Source: Blepharisma stoltei ATCC 30299
Taxonomy: Eukaryota > Protista > Ciliophora
NCBI GenBank assembly: GCA_965603825.1
Contig: CBFDEM010000057.1
Location: 620,001 to 684,000 of the forward strand
Length of the DNA stretch: 64,000 nucleotides
Direction: 5' to 3'
In this document: positions 12,864 to 25,103 of the stretch, in pieces
How positions within the stretch are numbered: the first letter of the stretch is position 1
How the letters are laid out: each line of letters starts with the position of its first letter
Notes under the pieces: model-generated
Database searches by the model: none
What the model was told of the DNA's origin: nothing
Seen by the model: only the letters and a program-made list of their open reading frames with translations
Translations under genes and position numbers: made by a program

Positions 12864-13964
12864 ATGAACATTATCCAGCAGAGCTTTTTTGTTTGTGTTG
12901 GTGTTATTGTATTTCCTATATAGCTTGGCTGTCTTGCTCACGCCCCACAATTAATTTACAGATATACTAACAAATCATTTGACCCAAGTGCAAGAAATGA
13001 ATGATTTTTGCTAGCTTTGGCTTGTCTTCCTCCTATAGGTTGCATTTTTCAAGAAGGCTTAATGAGGACAGGCAAGAAATGATGGGCGAAAGTTGGCTTA
13101 GGGATCTATATTGCAGGCACTGTATTGACCATGTATATGATTATCTTAGGAGGGGCTGTTGCTGCTAATGGGATGTTTCCCCAATTCCGTGTTGGACATG
13201 AGTATTGTGGTGACCAAGACATTATAGGCCAATGGACCTCTTGTTTTCACCTAGTTGGATTAGGTGTCGAACTTTCTGGCCAAGTTTGCGCTATTACCTT
13301 GCTTATTCAGTGCCTCAGATTTACTCCTGATATGATTCAACGATTAATTGTTGACGAAAGACTAAAGATGCTAGCTAAAGAAAAAGAAGACGAAGAGCGA
13401 GAAGAAAGAGAAGAAGACGAAAAAAGGCGAAAAGGCAAAAAAAGAATCTGTTTAGATGAGACTAGAGAGCACGATTTAGCGATTTTTGACATGCTCGACG
13501 ATAATGATGAAAAACAAAAAGGAAAAACTGATTACAATACTATTGAAGAAGTCGACATTACCCACGAAACTGAAGGAGACAAAGCATTTAAAGAAGATTT
13601 CATACAAGATGAAAACTCAAAAAAGCCTTACAGCATCGATGGGCAAAAAGACGGTACTTTTACCCAGCATTTTATACAGAATGAAAGCTCAGTAAGGCCT
13701 TATGAGGTAGAAGGAGAAAAGGCTATGAGCTTCAGAGACAAAGGTATAACCCCTAGATCTAATAGAGATAGGAGCCTACCTAGAGATTCTGCTTCAAATC
13801 CTCAAAGATCAACCACCCCACGCTCTGAAACAAGAAGCAACCATAAAGGAGTTTCTGATACAGAAGCAGGCTCTCTATATGAGAGCGAAGCAATCAACGA
13901 AGCTGAGCAAGAAGAGGAAGAAGGAGAAGAGGAAAAAGAAGACCTCGAAGATATTTATAAGTAA
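12864..13964 (+). CDS. Membrane protein with about 4 N-terminal TM segments and a long acidic cytoplasmic tail, 361 aa; one 15-nt intron
   Basis: ATG 12864. Intron 12909-12923 removes an in-frame TAG. Two TGA codons, then in frame with ORF 13125-13964. Confidence 0.8.
12909..12923 (+). other. 15-nt intron GTATTTCCTATATAG
   Basis: Consensus micro-intron containing an in-frame TAG. Confidence 0.88.
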
Positions 13965-13992
13965 AACAACTGTTTATATTATAATAAAATCT

Positions 13993-14829
13993 ATGGAAAA
14001 AATACTGCAAGTGCATGAACTAATGCTAGCTGCAAAAGCGTTTATGGTTACGAGTGCAGAGCTTTTAAATGACTTAGGAAGTGATGAAATTATTTTTGAC
14101 GAAAATGAGCTTATAATTTCTTCAAAGATTGCGAATGAAATTTATGAAATTAGCCTCAGAGGAGTGAAAAAGTTTAGAGATGGAGAAAAGAATGAGCTTA
14201 TTGAGAAATTTTTGGATATTTGTGTGGTAATTAATGGGGAATTGCATCTAGCGTGAAATATAAAACAAGAGATCATGGATTCGTTAGAGATTGAAAAAGA
14301 AAGACAAATTAATGCTCTGGCTTTAAGGACTCATAGAAAGTCTTCTGCGGGGTGGGAATTTAGAAAAAAACTCAACAAAAATCATGAGTTTAATAAAAGA
14401 AAAGAGCGAGATTTCCTCAATGAAATGGCTGAGCTGCAAAAGCAAAATTATTACCTGTGGGAGTATAGAAGATGGCTGTTTAATTGTTTGCTTTCAGAGG
14501 AAGAAAAAGCAGAGGAAGTTCAAGAAGTAAAACATTTTTGTGAGGGCCATCCTTCAGATTCTTCAAGCTTTCATTATTGCTTTTATATAATGAACCATCA
14601 GAAATTGAATGATGAGGCTTATGAATGGATTGTAGGCATATGTGAAAGGTTTTACTCTGAAAAAGGACTTTATGATGGAATCAGTCTGCCTGGGTACGAA
14701 ACTTTGCACTTGTTTAGAGCGAAATCAAGAAAAAAGGAAAATGATGAAGAAGAGATAAATTACATAGAAGAGCAAATAAGGCTTGGCAGAAATCAAATTG
14801 CAAAATTACTCAGATGAACAGTAGAATAG
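13993..14829 (+). CDS. PTAR1: Protein prenyltransferase alpha-subunit repeat protein (PTAR1-like), 278 aa
   Basis: PFTA-type repeats: INGELHLAW(TGA)NIK, THRKSSAGWEFR, QNYYLWEYRRWL, HPSDSSSFHY, PGYETL. Ends at TAG 14827-14829 after reading TGA 14815 as Trp. Confidence 0.82.
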
Positions 14830-15386
14830 AATCAGGATAAGTATTATATCTTGATTTTATATACTACAAATAATTCGAAAGGTATTAAGTTTAAATTTGA
14901 TAATATCTTTTGAAAATATGGCATATTAAAACGCTTCATCTATTTAAATATCATCTCAAAAATCTGTTTATCTTCATAAGGTTTTTATATCAATATTAAT
15001 TTTTTATAATTATCTTTTCATTTATTTAAGTCTGAACTTATTCAAAAGACTTAAACTACTTTTAAAATGCTGTTTTATCACGCCTAAATCTATAATTTTA
15101 CAGTTCCTGATTTATTATCAGACTATTGGTTAATACTATATAGTTTCTTTAACATTCTTTTATCCAATCTTCATAATTTCTCATTTTTCTTCAGTAATTT
15201 TATTTCTGCCCATTTTATGCGTTATAAAAATTTAAATCGACTTAACACGATTTTTATCAAAATTTACCTTAAACCCACACCAACTAGCAATTCTTCAAGA
15301 ATGCATTCAATATCTCTCTTTAATTTATTTTCCCCCCGGCCTATAAGATATATTTTTTAAATTATCTAAAGTCTTATAAAAATATA

Positions 15387-15938
15387 ATGGAACAAGAATT
15401 ACTCATCTTAAAAAGAGACAACCCAGAACTCTGCATATTAGAGACACGAATCTCAAACTTCGTTGCAAAGCATCATGGCATGGATAAACTGTGCTATGCA
15501 TGGCTTTACTGCATATACAACGGAGACTATGATATACTGAAACGGACCATTCAGCGTTATCATAAAACAGGAATAAAATCCTTTTTCAGGCTTTTCGGGC
15601 CCAAAGTGATGTATGGGTCTTTATATTATCCTTCAGATGATACTGGACTGAAGTTTATAATTGACAACGTCCCAAAAGACTTGATTATTTCAGCCATCAG
15701 AGCAGGACAATACTATGTAGTAAAGCTGTTCATGATGAACATGGCTTTAGATATTAGTGAAGGCAAGCTGACTGAAGAGAAGATTTACTGGAATGTGAGA
15801 AAGCTTAGCTTGCTAATGAGCTTAAAACCAGAAGAAATTAAAGCTGCTATTAGAGAAAGTTTGGAACAAAAAGCGATAAATGTAACAGTCAAAGAGAAAA
15901 TTGTAACTTCTTTAAAGCTTCATATTGAATTTGAATAA
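15387..15938 (+). CDS. Hypothetical protein, 183 aa
   Basis: Clean ATG..TAA ORF with coding-like composition inside AT-rich flanks; no motif recognised. Confidence 0.7.
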   Translation: MEQELLILKRDNPELCILETRISNFVAKHHGMDKLCYAWLYCIYNGDYDILKRTIQRYHKTGIKSFFRLFGPKVMYGSLYYPSDDTGLKFIIDNVPKDLIISAIRAGQYYVVKLFMMNMALDISEGKLTEEKIYWNVRKLSLLMSLKPEEIKAAIRESLEQKAINVTVKEKIVTSLKLHIEFE

Positions 15939-16321
15939 AGTGTAAAAAGTGAAGAAAAATTAGAAGAGATAAAAATCAAAGCATTTAACGCCGGTTAAAT
16001 ACTAAAATTAGAAAAAAATTATTTTAAACTTATCAATTTATTTCAAAATTTTTTTAATAAATAAAGATAATAAAACTTCAATAAAAAACATGCAAATTAC
16101 TGTTATTTACTAGTGGAAAAATAATTTGTGAATAATTTGGAATGCATTTTGAGTTTCAAGCTACTTTTCATTTCTGAGAAAATATTACGCCATTTTAAAA
16201 AAGTGCTGAATTTCTTCAAAATGTTTATCTATCTGCTTAATTTTAATATTTATCAAGATCCTTAAAATTCTTTCAATTTATAAATTAGTTTCCCTATCAT
16301 ACAAAATTTCTATTAGATATT

Positions 16322-16897
16322 TTAACAAAAAACTCTTGAATGCTCTTCTACTTCCTGTATCGTATGCAAATGTCCTCTCTGCTTTTTAGCTTTCATTTTA
16401 TTAGTTAATTGTCCAGCCTCAGGTGCTGCATATACAGAAAGATCAATATCCAATATAACTTTATTTACAGTAACGCTATGAGATGTCTCTGGAGTGCTTG
16501 CTGCTGAATTTTCTAAAATAGGACAGGATCTAATGGACTTCGATGAATTATTAGTTACGTTTAGCTTCGAATTTGATTGTGAGTCATCTGTTTCAGACGA
16601 AGTTTTTCCCACCGCCCTTAACAGCGCAAATTGATCAATTCCTACAGACTCCAATGTACAATTATCATCTAAGGCGAGAGAGTTCATATAAAGTTTGAGC
16701 TTTTCGCCTGTTTTTTCTTCTAATTGAAAAATAATTTCTTGAATTTTCATCTGTGGATGAATTCTTATGTAAAAAACATCTTTTTCCGTATAAATAGTTA
16801 TGTGTTCTTTTTTACGTACAGGAGCCCCATAAGTCCCAGGTAGAGGTTTGATTATTTGCCTTGGAAAAGGCATTGGCATACTTTGTTTAGTTCCCAT
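16322..16897 (-). CDS. Ubiquitin-like domain protein with an N-myristoylation-like start (MGTKQS), 191 aa
   Basis: ITIYT..IRIHPQMKIQEIIFQLEEKTG..LYMNSLALDDNCTLESVGI follows the Ubl pattern. Confidence 0.72.
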   Translation of the reverse strand: MGTKQSMPMPFPRQIIKPLPGTYGAPVRKKEHITIYTEKDVFYIRIHPQMKIQEIIFQLEEKTGEKLKLYMNSLALDDNCTLESVGIDQFALLRAVGKTSSETDDSQSNSKLNVTNNSSKSIRSCPILENSAASTPETSHSVTVNKVILDIDLSVYAAPEAGQLTNKMKAKKQRGHLHTIQEVEEHSRVFC

Positions 16898-17040
16898 GAT
16901 TTTATATATAGTAAGATTTAATCATATGAATTTTGCTCATTCACTTACTTTTTAAATTAAAAATAGTAATTTCTATAGAAATTGTGTGCCATCTATTGAT
17001 TTTTTTTAAATCAAAACCCCATATTTAAAATTATAACCTA

Positions 17041-18642
17041 TTAAATATCGCTGTAATCCACAATAGCCCTTCTTCCTTTAGGATGCTTTGCAGGATCATC
17101 TAAATCTTCATAAGGTTCATCAGGAACTGGCCGCTTTCTTGGGAAATTCACTTCTCTGTCAGCCCCGTCACTTCTTTCTCTATGTTCCCCTCTGTCTCCT
17201 CTATCCCCTCTATCCCCTCTTCCTCTTCCTCTAAATCTGTCCCCAGCAAATTGTATTTGATTTTGCAGCTTATCAGGATCGGCCAAATAATTTTCCAAAG
17301 TAATAGCTTTGACTCTTTCCTTCACCACCAATTGATAATCCTCCTGATGCTTGGTCTGCAGATGTTTTTTCATGAATTCATTGCTTCTGAACAATTTTTT
17401 GCATAAATTACACCTAACCTTTTTTTCTTCTTCTTCAGTGGTGTTTTTTGTTTCAAATTCCTTTATCATTTTTTGGAGCTCAGGGTCATTCTAAATAAAT
17501 TTTACATCTTTATCATATTTTTTCACAGGGTTTTTTCTTAAAATCCTTTCTTCAATTTTCTGGTCAAATTCAGCAGGGCGGGCAGCAGCTTCATCATAAG
17601 TGGTTCTTATATGGGCTGGGCCACATTTGGCAGCGAGCATTCTTTCGTCTTCGTATTCTTCTTGGCAATAATAGCAGAAAGCATGGACTCTTCTTAAATA
17701 AAGCAACTGCAAATCAAGCTGCATTTCTTTTTCTTCTTCTGAGAGCGTTGCAAACATTTCTTCAGTGATAAGCAGCTGGTTTTCATTAATTCCTTTTTCT
17801 CTGTCGATAAAGGTAATTAATCTTGAGCTTTGTTTTCAGTCTAATTCAATGCAGCTAGGATGCTGGGGTGGCTGAAGCCTTAGCTCTTTTCTTGACACGC
17901 TTTGTGACTTGACTGGGGAAAGCTTGAAGTCTGGGGTCACCACTCTTCCTGTCAACAATTCCAAGCTTTCATTGCAGTGGTCTTCAGTATCATAAAGCAC
18001 CCATGCGAATCTTGAAAACCCTTGTGTTTTCAATGGCTCTGACATTGACAACGACACAAACCCAGGTGACGTTTTCACCACATTCAGCACGTCCCATCTT
18101 GATATATTGACTGGAATATTTTTCAAAAATAAAGTCATAGAATTCGGGTCAAACCCAAAATAAGGCGGACCAGAAATCTTCTCAACAGGGCTTTCTTGGA
18201 TTTTTAATCTAAGCCCAGAAAACCCATTATGCTTGCTGAGCTCTATAAAAGCTGTATGGGAGACTTTGGCGTCCAAGTATCTCTCTTCTTGCCATTTTTG
18301 AGAAAAAATTGGGTCGTATTTTTCGATAAACCAGTGCTCGTTGTTGTGTTCGCTGAAGAAAATTTCAAGATGCTTACGCTCGTATTTGGTTTTGTAGTCA
18401 TCATAAATTTGTTGGGCTTCTTGGGGCGGGATTTGTTCGTGCTGCATTTCCATGAATTGCTTGTAGGTTAGTAAACCACCTGCGAGGCTTGGGCGAATTA
18501 TGTGAGGCTTGCCATCTTGATTGCGAGGGAAGCGGGGACGATTCTGGTTTTCGTCGTTGTCTCGGAATCGCTTGCGGGGCTCACCGTTGGAGGGAGCAGC
18601 GAAAGAATCAGTTTTGGTTTCTTCTTCTGATGGCCAATTCAT
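17041..18642 (-). CDS. SRRT: ARS2/SERRATE RNA effector homolog, 528 aa; one 15-nt coding intron
   Basis: LLTYKQF..YKTKY..FFSEHNNEHWFIEKYDP; RRM (LFLKNIPVNISR); LDLQLLYLRRVHAFCYYC..CGPAHIR; C2H2 finger CNLCKKLFRSNEFMKKHLQTKH; C-terminal IVDYSDI. TGA at 17836 and intron 17491-17505 join the ORFs. Confidence 0.93.
17491..17505 (-). other. 15-nt intron GTAAAATTTATTTAG
   Basis: Consensus; removes an in-frame TAG in ARS2. Confidence 0.9.
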
Positions 18643-18658
18643 CTATGTTGGGACATAC
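18643..18658 (-). other. Putative 16-nt 5'UTR intron GTATGTCCCAACATAG directly before the ARS2 ATG
   Basis: AG|GTATGT donor, A 6 nt from the 3' end, TAG abutting the start codon. No frame constraint supports it. Confidence 0.55.
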
Positions 18659-18930
18659 CTTTTTATTATAAGAAAAAGCCCCTGCTGGAATTTTTAAGAA
18701 ATTAGAGTAATGGAAAATTAGAGGGAATGGGGATAGGCAATTAGGTATAGGGAAATCATGTGGGCCTTATTTTTAATAGAAAAATAAATTATAGGAATAA
18801 AATAAAATTTATATAAACTACGCATCAAAATCCTAATAAAATCTTATTATAGCAAGCCCTATACTAGCTAAGCAGCATTTCTTTAAAATGTCTCGTCATT
18901 TTTGCATTCAGAATTGCCTAAAATTATTAA

Positions 18931-19368
18931 ATGGAAGGAAGCACTGCTCTATGGATAATTATTTGGTTCGTCAGCAGTGCTGCTTGCTACTTATACGGCA
19001 TGCATGTAGAATCTAATCTAAACCCAAAATCAAAGCCAAAATATTCTGAGTTAAAGCGTGAGGAAGAAAAATCAGAAACTCAAGAATCAAGTGATGAAAA
19101 ACACTACAGAGAAGAGCTCAATAAAGAAAGAGCAAGCAAGAAAAAAATGACTCAGGACTATGAGCAAGAAATTGACAGCTTAAAAGCTCAAATTGCATTT
19201 GTCCAGGAACAGACTAAAGCAAAATTAGTAATTTATAATCAGAAAAATAGGGAAGAAGAAGTATTTGAAGAGGAAGCAGGGTTTGGGGTGCCAACTGTAC
19301 AGATCGTTGAAGGGAGTTATGATAATTTCGATGAAGAACTGAATAAGGAGCTAAATAATGAGATTTAA
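18931..19368 (+). CDS. Small N-terminally anchored coiled-coil protein, 145 aa
   Basis: Hydrophobic N-terminus (ALWIIIWFVSSAACYLYG) followed by a charged coiled coil; ATG..TAA. Confidence 0.75.
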   Translation: MEGSTALWIIIWFVSSAACYLYGMHVESNLNPKSKPKYSELKREEEKSETQESSDEKHYREELNKERASKKKMTQDYEQEIDSLKAQIAFVQEQTKAKLVIYNQKNREEEVFEEEAGFGVPTVQIVEGSYDNFDEELNKELNNEI

Positions 19369-20034
19369 TTTTTACAGTTTCGATAAATAAATCATGTCAA
19401 AGTAATTGTCTCAAATTAGTCAACAATTATTGAATATGAAGAATAAAAAAATGATGCACAATGCAAAATTGATTGTTGGAATTGGGAACAATATATATGT
19501 TTTTTTGCAATTAAGAATAATCTGAATACTTATTGTCAATAATTTCAATTATTTTTTTAGAGAAATAGAAGAATAAGACCCCTAAATAGTCATTTGATCT
19601 TATAATATGATGCCTGAAGATATTTAAAATGGACCAAAAATTATTTTTCTTGAGAAGAAGAGAGTAAAAGAGCAGAGAAAATGGATATAAGAATTTTGAA
19701 TTTACATAAATATAAGGAGAGTCATAAAAGATATGAATTGGGAAATAAAAGAAAATTAAAAACTGTTCCAAAGAAGTAGCAAATGGCGGATTTTACAGAG
19801 TAGAGATGCTGTTTAGTCCAGTATTATTACAAGAAGCGAGCCCAAGGAATTTTTCTATTTTTCTTCAGATTTCTTATACAGTTAAATTTTATAGTCTAAT
19901 TTTAGTATGAATGAGTGTGGGTTTTCATTGCAAAATAAAAGATATAGGCTTAAAATAATTAAGAAAATTATAAAACATACGATTTATCAGTTTTAGATAA
20001 ATCCATTTATTAAAAAACTTCTTAATATTAAATA

Positions 20035-21507
20035 ATGCAATCAGCAAATTCAAATCAGCCCAATGCTAAAAACATAGGCCATTACTTATTAGGCAGAACC
20101 ATAGGGCAAGGAACATTCGGAAAAGTAAAAATTGGAACCCATATTCTAACAAGCGAAAAAGTTGCCGTTAAAATTTTGGAAAAAGAAAGAATTAAAGACA
20201 TTTCTGACATAGAAAGAGTTTCAAGAGAAATTCATATTTTAAAGCTTATTAGACACCCAAATATCATACAGCTGTATGAAATTATTGAAACGCAAAGCAA
20301 GCTATTTTTGATCATGGAATATGCTAGTGGAGGAGAATTATTTGATTATATCGTGGCTGAAAAGAAAATCAAAGAACTCGAAGCTTGCAAGTATTTTCAG
20401 CAAATAATTGCAGGAGTTGAGTATATTCACAGACTTGGGGTTGCTCATAGAGACTTGAAGCCAGAAAATCTGCTTTTAGATTCCAAAAAAAATATAAAGA
20501 TTGTTGATTTTGGGTTGAGCAATACATATAAAGAAGGCGAAAAGCTAAAAACTGCTTGTGGAAGCCCATGCTATGCTGCGCCTGAAATGATAGATGGGAA
20601 AGATTATAACGGATTAAAAGCTGATATATGAAGTTGTGGAGTAATTTTATATGCAATGCTTGCAGGGTATTTACCGTTTGAAGATCCAGACACTGGAAAA
20701 CTTTATAAAAAAATACTCAAAGGAAAATATGAGATACCAGATTGAATATCAAAGGACGCAAGAGATCTTCTAGGGAAAATTCTCAGCACGGAGCCTAACA
20801 AAAGAATTACAGTAGAAAAAATCAAAAGCCATCCTTGATTTTCTTTAATGCATCAAAACACTTCAAATGGGTTGTTAGTAGGCTATTCTACAATTCCAGT
20901 AAATCAATCGGTTCTTAGAAAACTTGATGAATATGGCTTTGATTTAAATTACTGCCAACGCTGTATTGAAGCTAATAAGCACAATCATTTAACCACAACT
21001 TATTACCTTCTTTATCGCAAGTTAAGCCCTCCACCTGATCCTGAGCCAGAACCTAAGCCACCTATAATCCGTCCAAGCTTTGTTCCAGCACCTCCTATAG
21101 CTCCAGAAATAAATGAGAAATTTAATCATAGAAAATATCACAGAAAAAAAGTAGAAAGCACTGGAGGTTCTTCATCAAATGAAGGAGAAATTTTATTTGG
21201 CAAACAAATAGCTTCAAGATCTAATAGAAATAGCCCAAGAACAGTCATTAAAAGCATTTATACACATATATCTGGTCCTCGAAACTTGAGTACTGGAAGG
21301 CATCCTCAAGAGCCTACAATCCCAAGGCCTGCAAATGCAAAGGCATTTAGAAGAAAAATCGTGAACCCTTCTCAACACAATACTCCTAAAAAGGTCAATA
21401 AATCAGTAGACTATGGGAAAAGTATTTTTGGGGAGTCATCTAAAAGGCACACTAGAGCGAATAGCTCTCTTGTGTCGCATCGTAAAACAGATCGCATACA
21501 TTTTTAA
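20035..21507 (+). CDS. SNF1/AMPK-related Ser/Thr kinase with UBA-like domain, 490 aa
   Basis: [43 protein letters not shown](TGA 20629)SCGVILY, HPW(TGA)F; UBA-like [13 protein letters not shown]. Confidence 0.95.
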
Positions 21508-21661
21508 ATTGGATTAGTTTTACATTTATGCTATTTTTAAGGATATTTAATATTAAAAATTGCTTAATATAGATTGAATTATTTTAATAATTAATTGATG
21601 ATTTTTGCGAGCTTTTTATTCCATATTTATTTAGTGATCTTCCAAGATGTTTATTATAAAA

Positions 21662-23722
21662 ATGAAAAGGCTGAGATCAAGGAGCCCAGCCAGAAAAACA
21701 ATAAACCAATCCATAAATCCATTCACAAATAAACAATACTCAAACAAATATAGAAAACTAAGAGAAGAAAGAGAAAAATTGCCGATTTTTGATGCGCTTC
21801 CACAGTTTGATAAGATGTTTAATAAAAATCAAGTCGTCATCTTGCAAGGGGAGACTGGAAGCGGAAAAACTACACAAATCCCACAATATATCTTAGAAAA
21901 AGGCTACGCAAAAGGAAAGCTGGTGGCTTGCACACAACCAAGGAGAGTTGCTGCCATGAGTGTTGCAAAAAGAGTGGCTGAAGAAATGGACGTAGAACTC
22001 GGCCAACAAGTCGGGTATTCCATAAGATTTGAAGAATGTGCCGGGCCTAACACTCTCTTAAAATATCTAACTGATGGTATGCTTTTGCGTGAAGCCATGA
22101 CTGACCCAACTCTTGATAAATATGGAGTTATAATACTTGATGAAGCCCATGAGCGTACATTATCAACTGATATTTTATTTGGCCTCTTAAAAGAAGTTTT
22201 GCAGAAGCGCAAAGACTTAAAAGTTGTGGTCATGAGTGCTACTTTGGACACAGAAAAATTTTTGGGGTATTTTAAAAATGCTCCACTTTTGACTGTACCT
22301 GGAAGACTATACCCTGTAGAACTTTTTTATACAGAATTTCCTGAAGAAGACTACTTGTGGGCAACAGTGAGAACTGTGATGCAGATTCATGCTTTTGAAG
22401 AGCCTGGAGATATTTTGGTGTTTTTGACGGGGGAAGAAGAGATAGAGTCAACTTGTGACTCAATTAGAAAGGAAGCTGCAAGATATAAAGATAACGTTGG
22501 AAAATTGTCTGTTATTCCTTTATATTCTTCTCTACCTCCAGCTATGCAGCAAAAAATTTTTGAGCCGGCACCAGAAGTAAATTCAAATGGGATCCCAGGA
22601 AGAAAATGTATACTCTCTACAAATATTGCGGAAACTTCGCTAACTATTGATGGGATTGTCTTTGTAATTGACTCAGGACTTTCTAAACAAAAATGTTATA
22701 ATCCTCGTATGCGTGTGGAAAGCTTGCTGGTTTCTCCTATATCAAGAGCTTCTGCTAAACAGAGAGCTGGTAGGGCAGGAAGAACTAGGCCTGGAAAATG
22801 TTATAGACTTTATACGGAAAAATCATACAAACGAGAGCTGGTTGAGTCAACTGCTCCTGAAATTTTAAGGTCAAATTTAGCAAATGTGGTTTTGCAATTA
22901 AAAATTTTAGGCATTGAAAATTTGGTTGATTTTGACTTTATTGATCCTCCTAGCCCAGAAACTATGATGAGAGCGTTAGAAACGTTGCATTACCTAAGAG
23001 CTCTAGATGATGAAGGAGAACTAACAGAAGAAGGCCGCCTGATGTCAGAATTTCCTCTAGACCCAGAGCTCAGCAAGCTTTTAATTATCAGCCCAAAGTA
23101 TTCTTGTGGCGAAGAAATGCTAAACTTAGTAGCAATGTTAACGTCTCCAAACCCATTTTTAAGGCCAAGAGACCATGAAGACGCAGCTGACAAAGCAAAA
23201 TCTAAATTTGTCAACAAAGACGGCGATCACATAACTTTAATAAATGCTTACCAAGGCTTCGAAAATGAAGGTAGGCAGCCTTACTGGTGCTCCAAAAACT
23301 TTTTAAATCCTCGCACAATGAGAGGAGCTGCCGAAATTCGAGACCAGCTTGTAGTAAAAATGAACAAACTTGATATCCCAATCATTTCCAATAAGCACAA
23401 TATAAGTGAAAATATCAGAAAATGCATTATTTCTGGATTTTTTATGCAGGTAGTGCACAAAGAAAAAGCTAATTTCTATATGACTCTTAAAGAAAAGCAG
23501 CATGTAGCACTTCATCCATCTACAGGCGTAATGAGGCCTGATTGGGCTGTATATCATGAATATGTATTGACTTCAAAAAAATACATAAGGATCGTATCTT
23601 CTATAAACCCAGAATGGCTCATAGAAATTGCTCCACAGTATTTCGACCTCTCCCATTTCCCTGACACAAATGGGAAAAAATTACTTCAAGAAATTATTGA
23701 TGGAAAAAATACACAAAAATAA
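21662..23722 (+). CDS. DHX15: Pre-mRNA splicing DEAH-box helicase DHX15/Prp43
   Basis: GETGSGKTTQIPQ, TQPRRVAAMSVA, DEAH, SAT, TNIAETSLT, QRAGRAGR, HA2 and OB domains. The start could be 21647 or 21662. Confidence 0.93.
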   Translation: MKRLRSRSPARKTINQSINPFTNKQYSNKYRKLREEREKLPIFDALPQFDKMFNKNQVVILQGETGSGKTTQIPQYILEKGYAKGKLVACTQPRRVAAMSVAKRVAEEMDVELGQQVGYSIRFEECAGPNTLLKYLTDGMLLREAMTDPTLDKYGVIILDEAHERTLSTDILFGLLKEVLQKRKDLKVVVMSATLDTEKFLGYFKNAPLLTVPGRLYPVELFYTEFPEEDYLWATVRTVMQIHAFEEPGDILVFLTGEEEIESTCDSIRKEAARYKDNVGKLSVIPLYSSLPPAMQQKIFEPAPEVNSNGIPGRKCILSTNIAETSLTIDGIVFVIDSGLSKQKCYNPRMRVESLLVSPISRASAKQRAGRAGRTRPGKCYRLYTEKSYKRELVESTAPEILRSNLANVVLQLKILGIENLVDFDFIDPPSPETMMRALETLHYLRALDDEGELTEEGRLMSEFPLDPELSKLLIISPKYSCGEEMLNLVAMLTSPNPFLRPRDHEDAADKAKSKFVNKDGDHITLINAYQGFENEGRQPYWCSKNFLNPRTMRGAAEIRDQLVVKMNKLDIPIISNKHNISENIRKCIISGFFMQVVHKEKANFYMTLKEKQHVALHPSTGVMRPDWAVYHEYVLTSKKYIRIVSSINPEWLIEIAPQYFDLSHFPDTNGKKLLQEIIDGKNTQK

Positions 23723-23731
23723 TTAAGATTT

Positions 23732-24367
23732 TTATAGATAAAGAATAATAAATAAGAACAAAAATAGTAAAGCGACAATTGTCATGATCAGGCAGCAATC
23801 TGAAGACTGCTCAATTAATGTCACCATGCGTTTTTGAACCCTCCCCATTTTTAGTGTATTTTTGTCAATATTTCTTTCGACATCATTTAATAAAACTCCA
23901 TGTAAATCTAATTCATCACCTATATCTCTGCTAGCTTTTTTGATATTGCCTACGTTTTCAATAATCATATCAATTCTATCATCTTGCTCTCTCATCATTT
24001 GCTGCTGTTGCTGCTGCAGATCATTTTGAGATAAATTTGACTCTTTAGGATTTTTTGTTGTAGGCATCATTTCAACTGAGGTTTTTTGACGGATGTTTTT
24101 AAGTTTCCTTGAGTTTGAGCTATGGTATTCTTCAATTTCTCTTACGATGGCTTCTCTTCGTTTTTGTTCACCTGGTGAATTAGCTTGGATTTTTAAAAGA
24201 TCATATAATTCCTGGACTTTTACATTAAGCTCCTGAAGTTTCTGGTAGACTCTTTTTTCAACTTTATAAGATTTAGGGCCACTAATACTTTCCAGTTCCC
24301 TCAGATCTGCATTGATTAATCGTAGAAGTTGGTATGATATATCTGCCTTGCGTGAGAATTCGCCCAT
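23732..24367 (-). CDS. Qc-type SNARE (syntaxin-6/8, Tlg1-like), 211 aa
   Basis: MMREQDDRIDMI..IGDELDLHGVLLNDVE SNARE motif plus a C-terminal TM anchor. Confidence 0.88.
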   Translation of the reverse strand: MGEFSRKADISYQLLRLINADLRELESISGPKSYKVEKRVYQKLQELNVKVQELYDLLKIQANSPGEQKRREAIVREIEEYHSSNSRKLKNIRQKTSVEMMPTTKNPKESNLSQNDLQQQQQQMMREQDDRIDMIIENVGNIKKASRDIGDELDLHGVLLNDVERNIDKNTLKMGRVQKRMVTLIEQSSDCCLIMTIVALLFLFLFIILYL

Positions 24368-24585
24368 ATTGAAAAGAATTCTAAAGATAATTGCGTGTCT
24401 ATAGAAGCTTAATTTTTATCCACTTTTTGAATAAAATGTGACCCCTAATGAGCAATTAAATTATTACCTCTTAAATTAAAAATAAAATAAGTTTATTAAT
24501 TATAGCATCTAAATCTTTTAATATAGCTACAGCCTTTATAATACATACATTTTAATACCTTTATCCATATTATAAAGCATTTTTA

Positions 24586-25053
24586 ATGTCCAAAGAACAA
24601 AAAATAGAGGATGAGATTTTTTCGAAAGAAGATTTCCCTAAAATGTATTTGACGTCCCCAATTGTTGATGCTTTTAGACCTGAATTAGAAAAGCTTTATC
24701 AGAAGAAAAGATCAAATAAGAACTTTGAAGGGAAGTCAATGAATTTTTTTACACAAAAGTTTATGAGATTATATTTTTATCAAGGTTTAGACCAGCCAGA
24801 TAGACTTCTAGTACATACTGAGCTATTGGAGTTCAAAAATAAGCAATTTCATACAGTTGCAGCCTCAGTTTCAGCTGTGATTATCACTTATATCACCCTA
24901 GGAACTACCGTCAGATATTCCAGATTTTCTGCACTCAGATGAGCTGCATCTTTAGGGGTTGGCTACTTGGTATGGCGTTCCTTCAAAACTCACGCATTAA
25001 ATAAAATTGAAAAAGGTACTGGGCATCTCTATGAAAAGTACTCAATAAAATAG
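24586..25053 (+). CDS. Small protein with two predicted TM segments, 155 aa
   Basis: ORF 24586 continues through TGA 24940 (ALRWAASLGVGYLVWR) to TAG 25051-25053. Confidence 0.75.
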
Positions 25054-25103
25054 ATAATTGAGGCTATTAAATAAATATCGAATTATTTAAATTAGGAAAT
25101 TTC

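Noticed and set aside
17180-17232. RGD repeats in ARS2 as integrin-binding motifs
   Set aside because: This is an RG-rich low-complexity tract in a nuclear RNA-binding protein.
19369-20034. Purine-rich, coding-like spacer and the 19511-19771 ORF
   Set aside because: I could not recover a coherent frame or any motif; it may be an unidentifiable gene relic.
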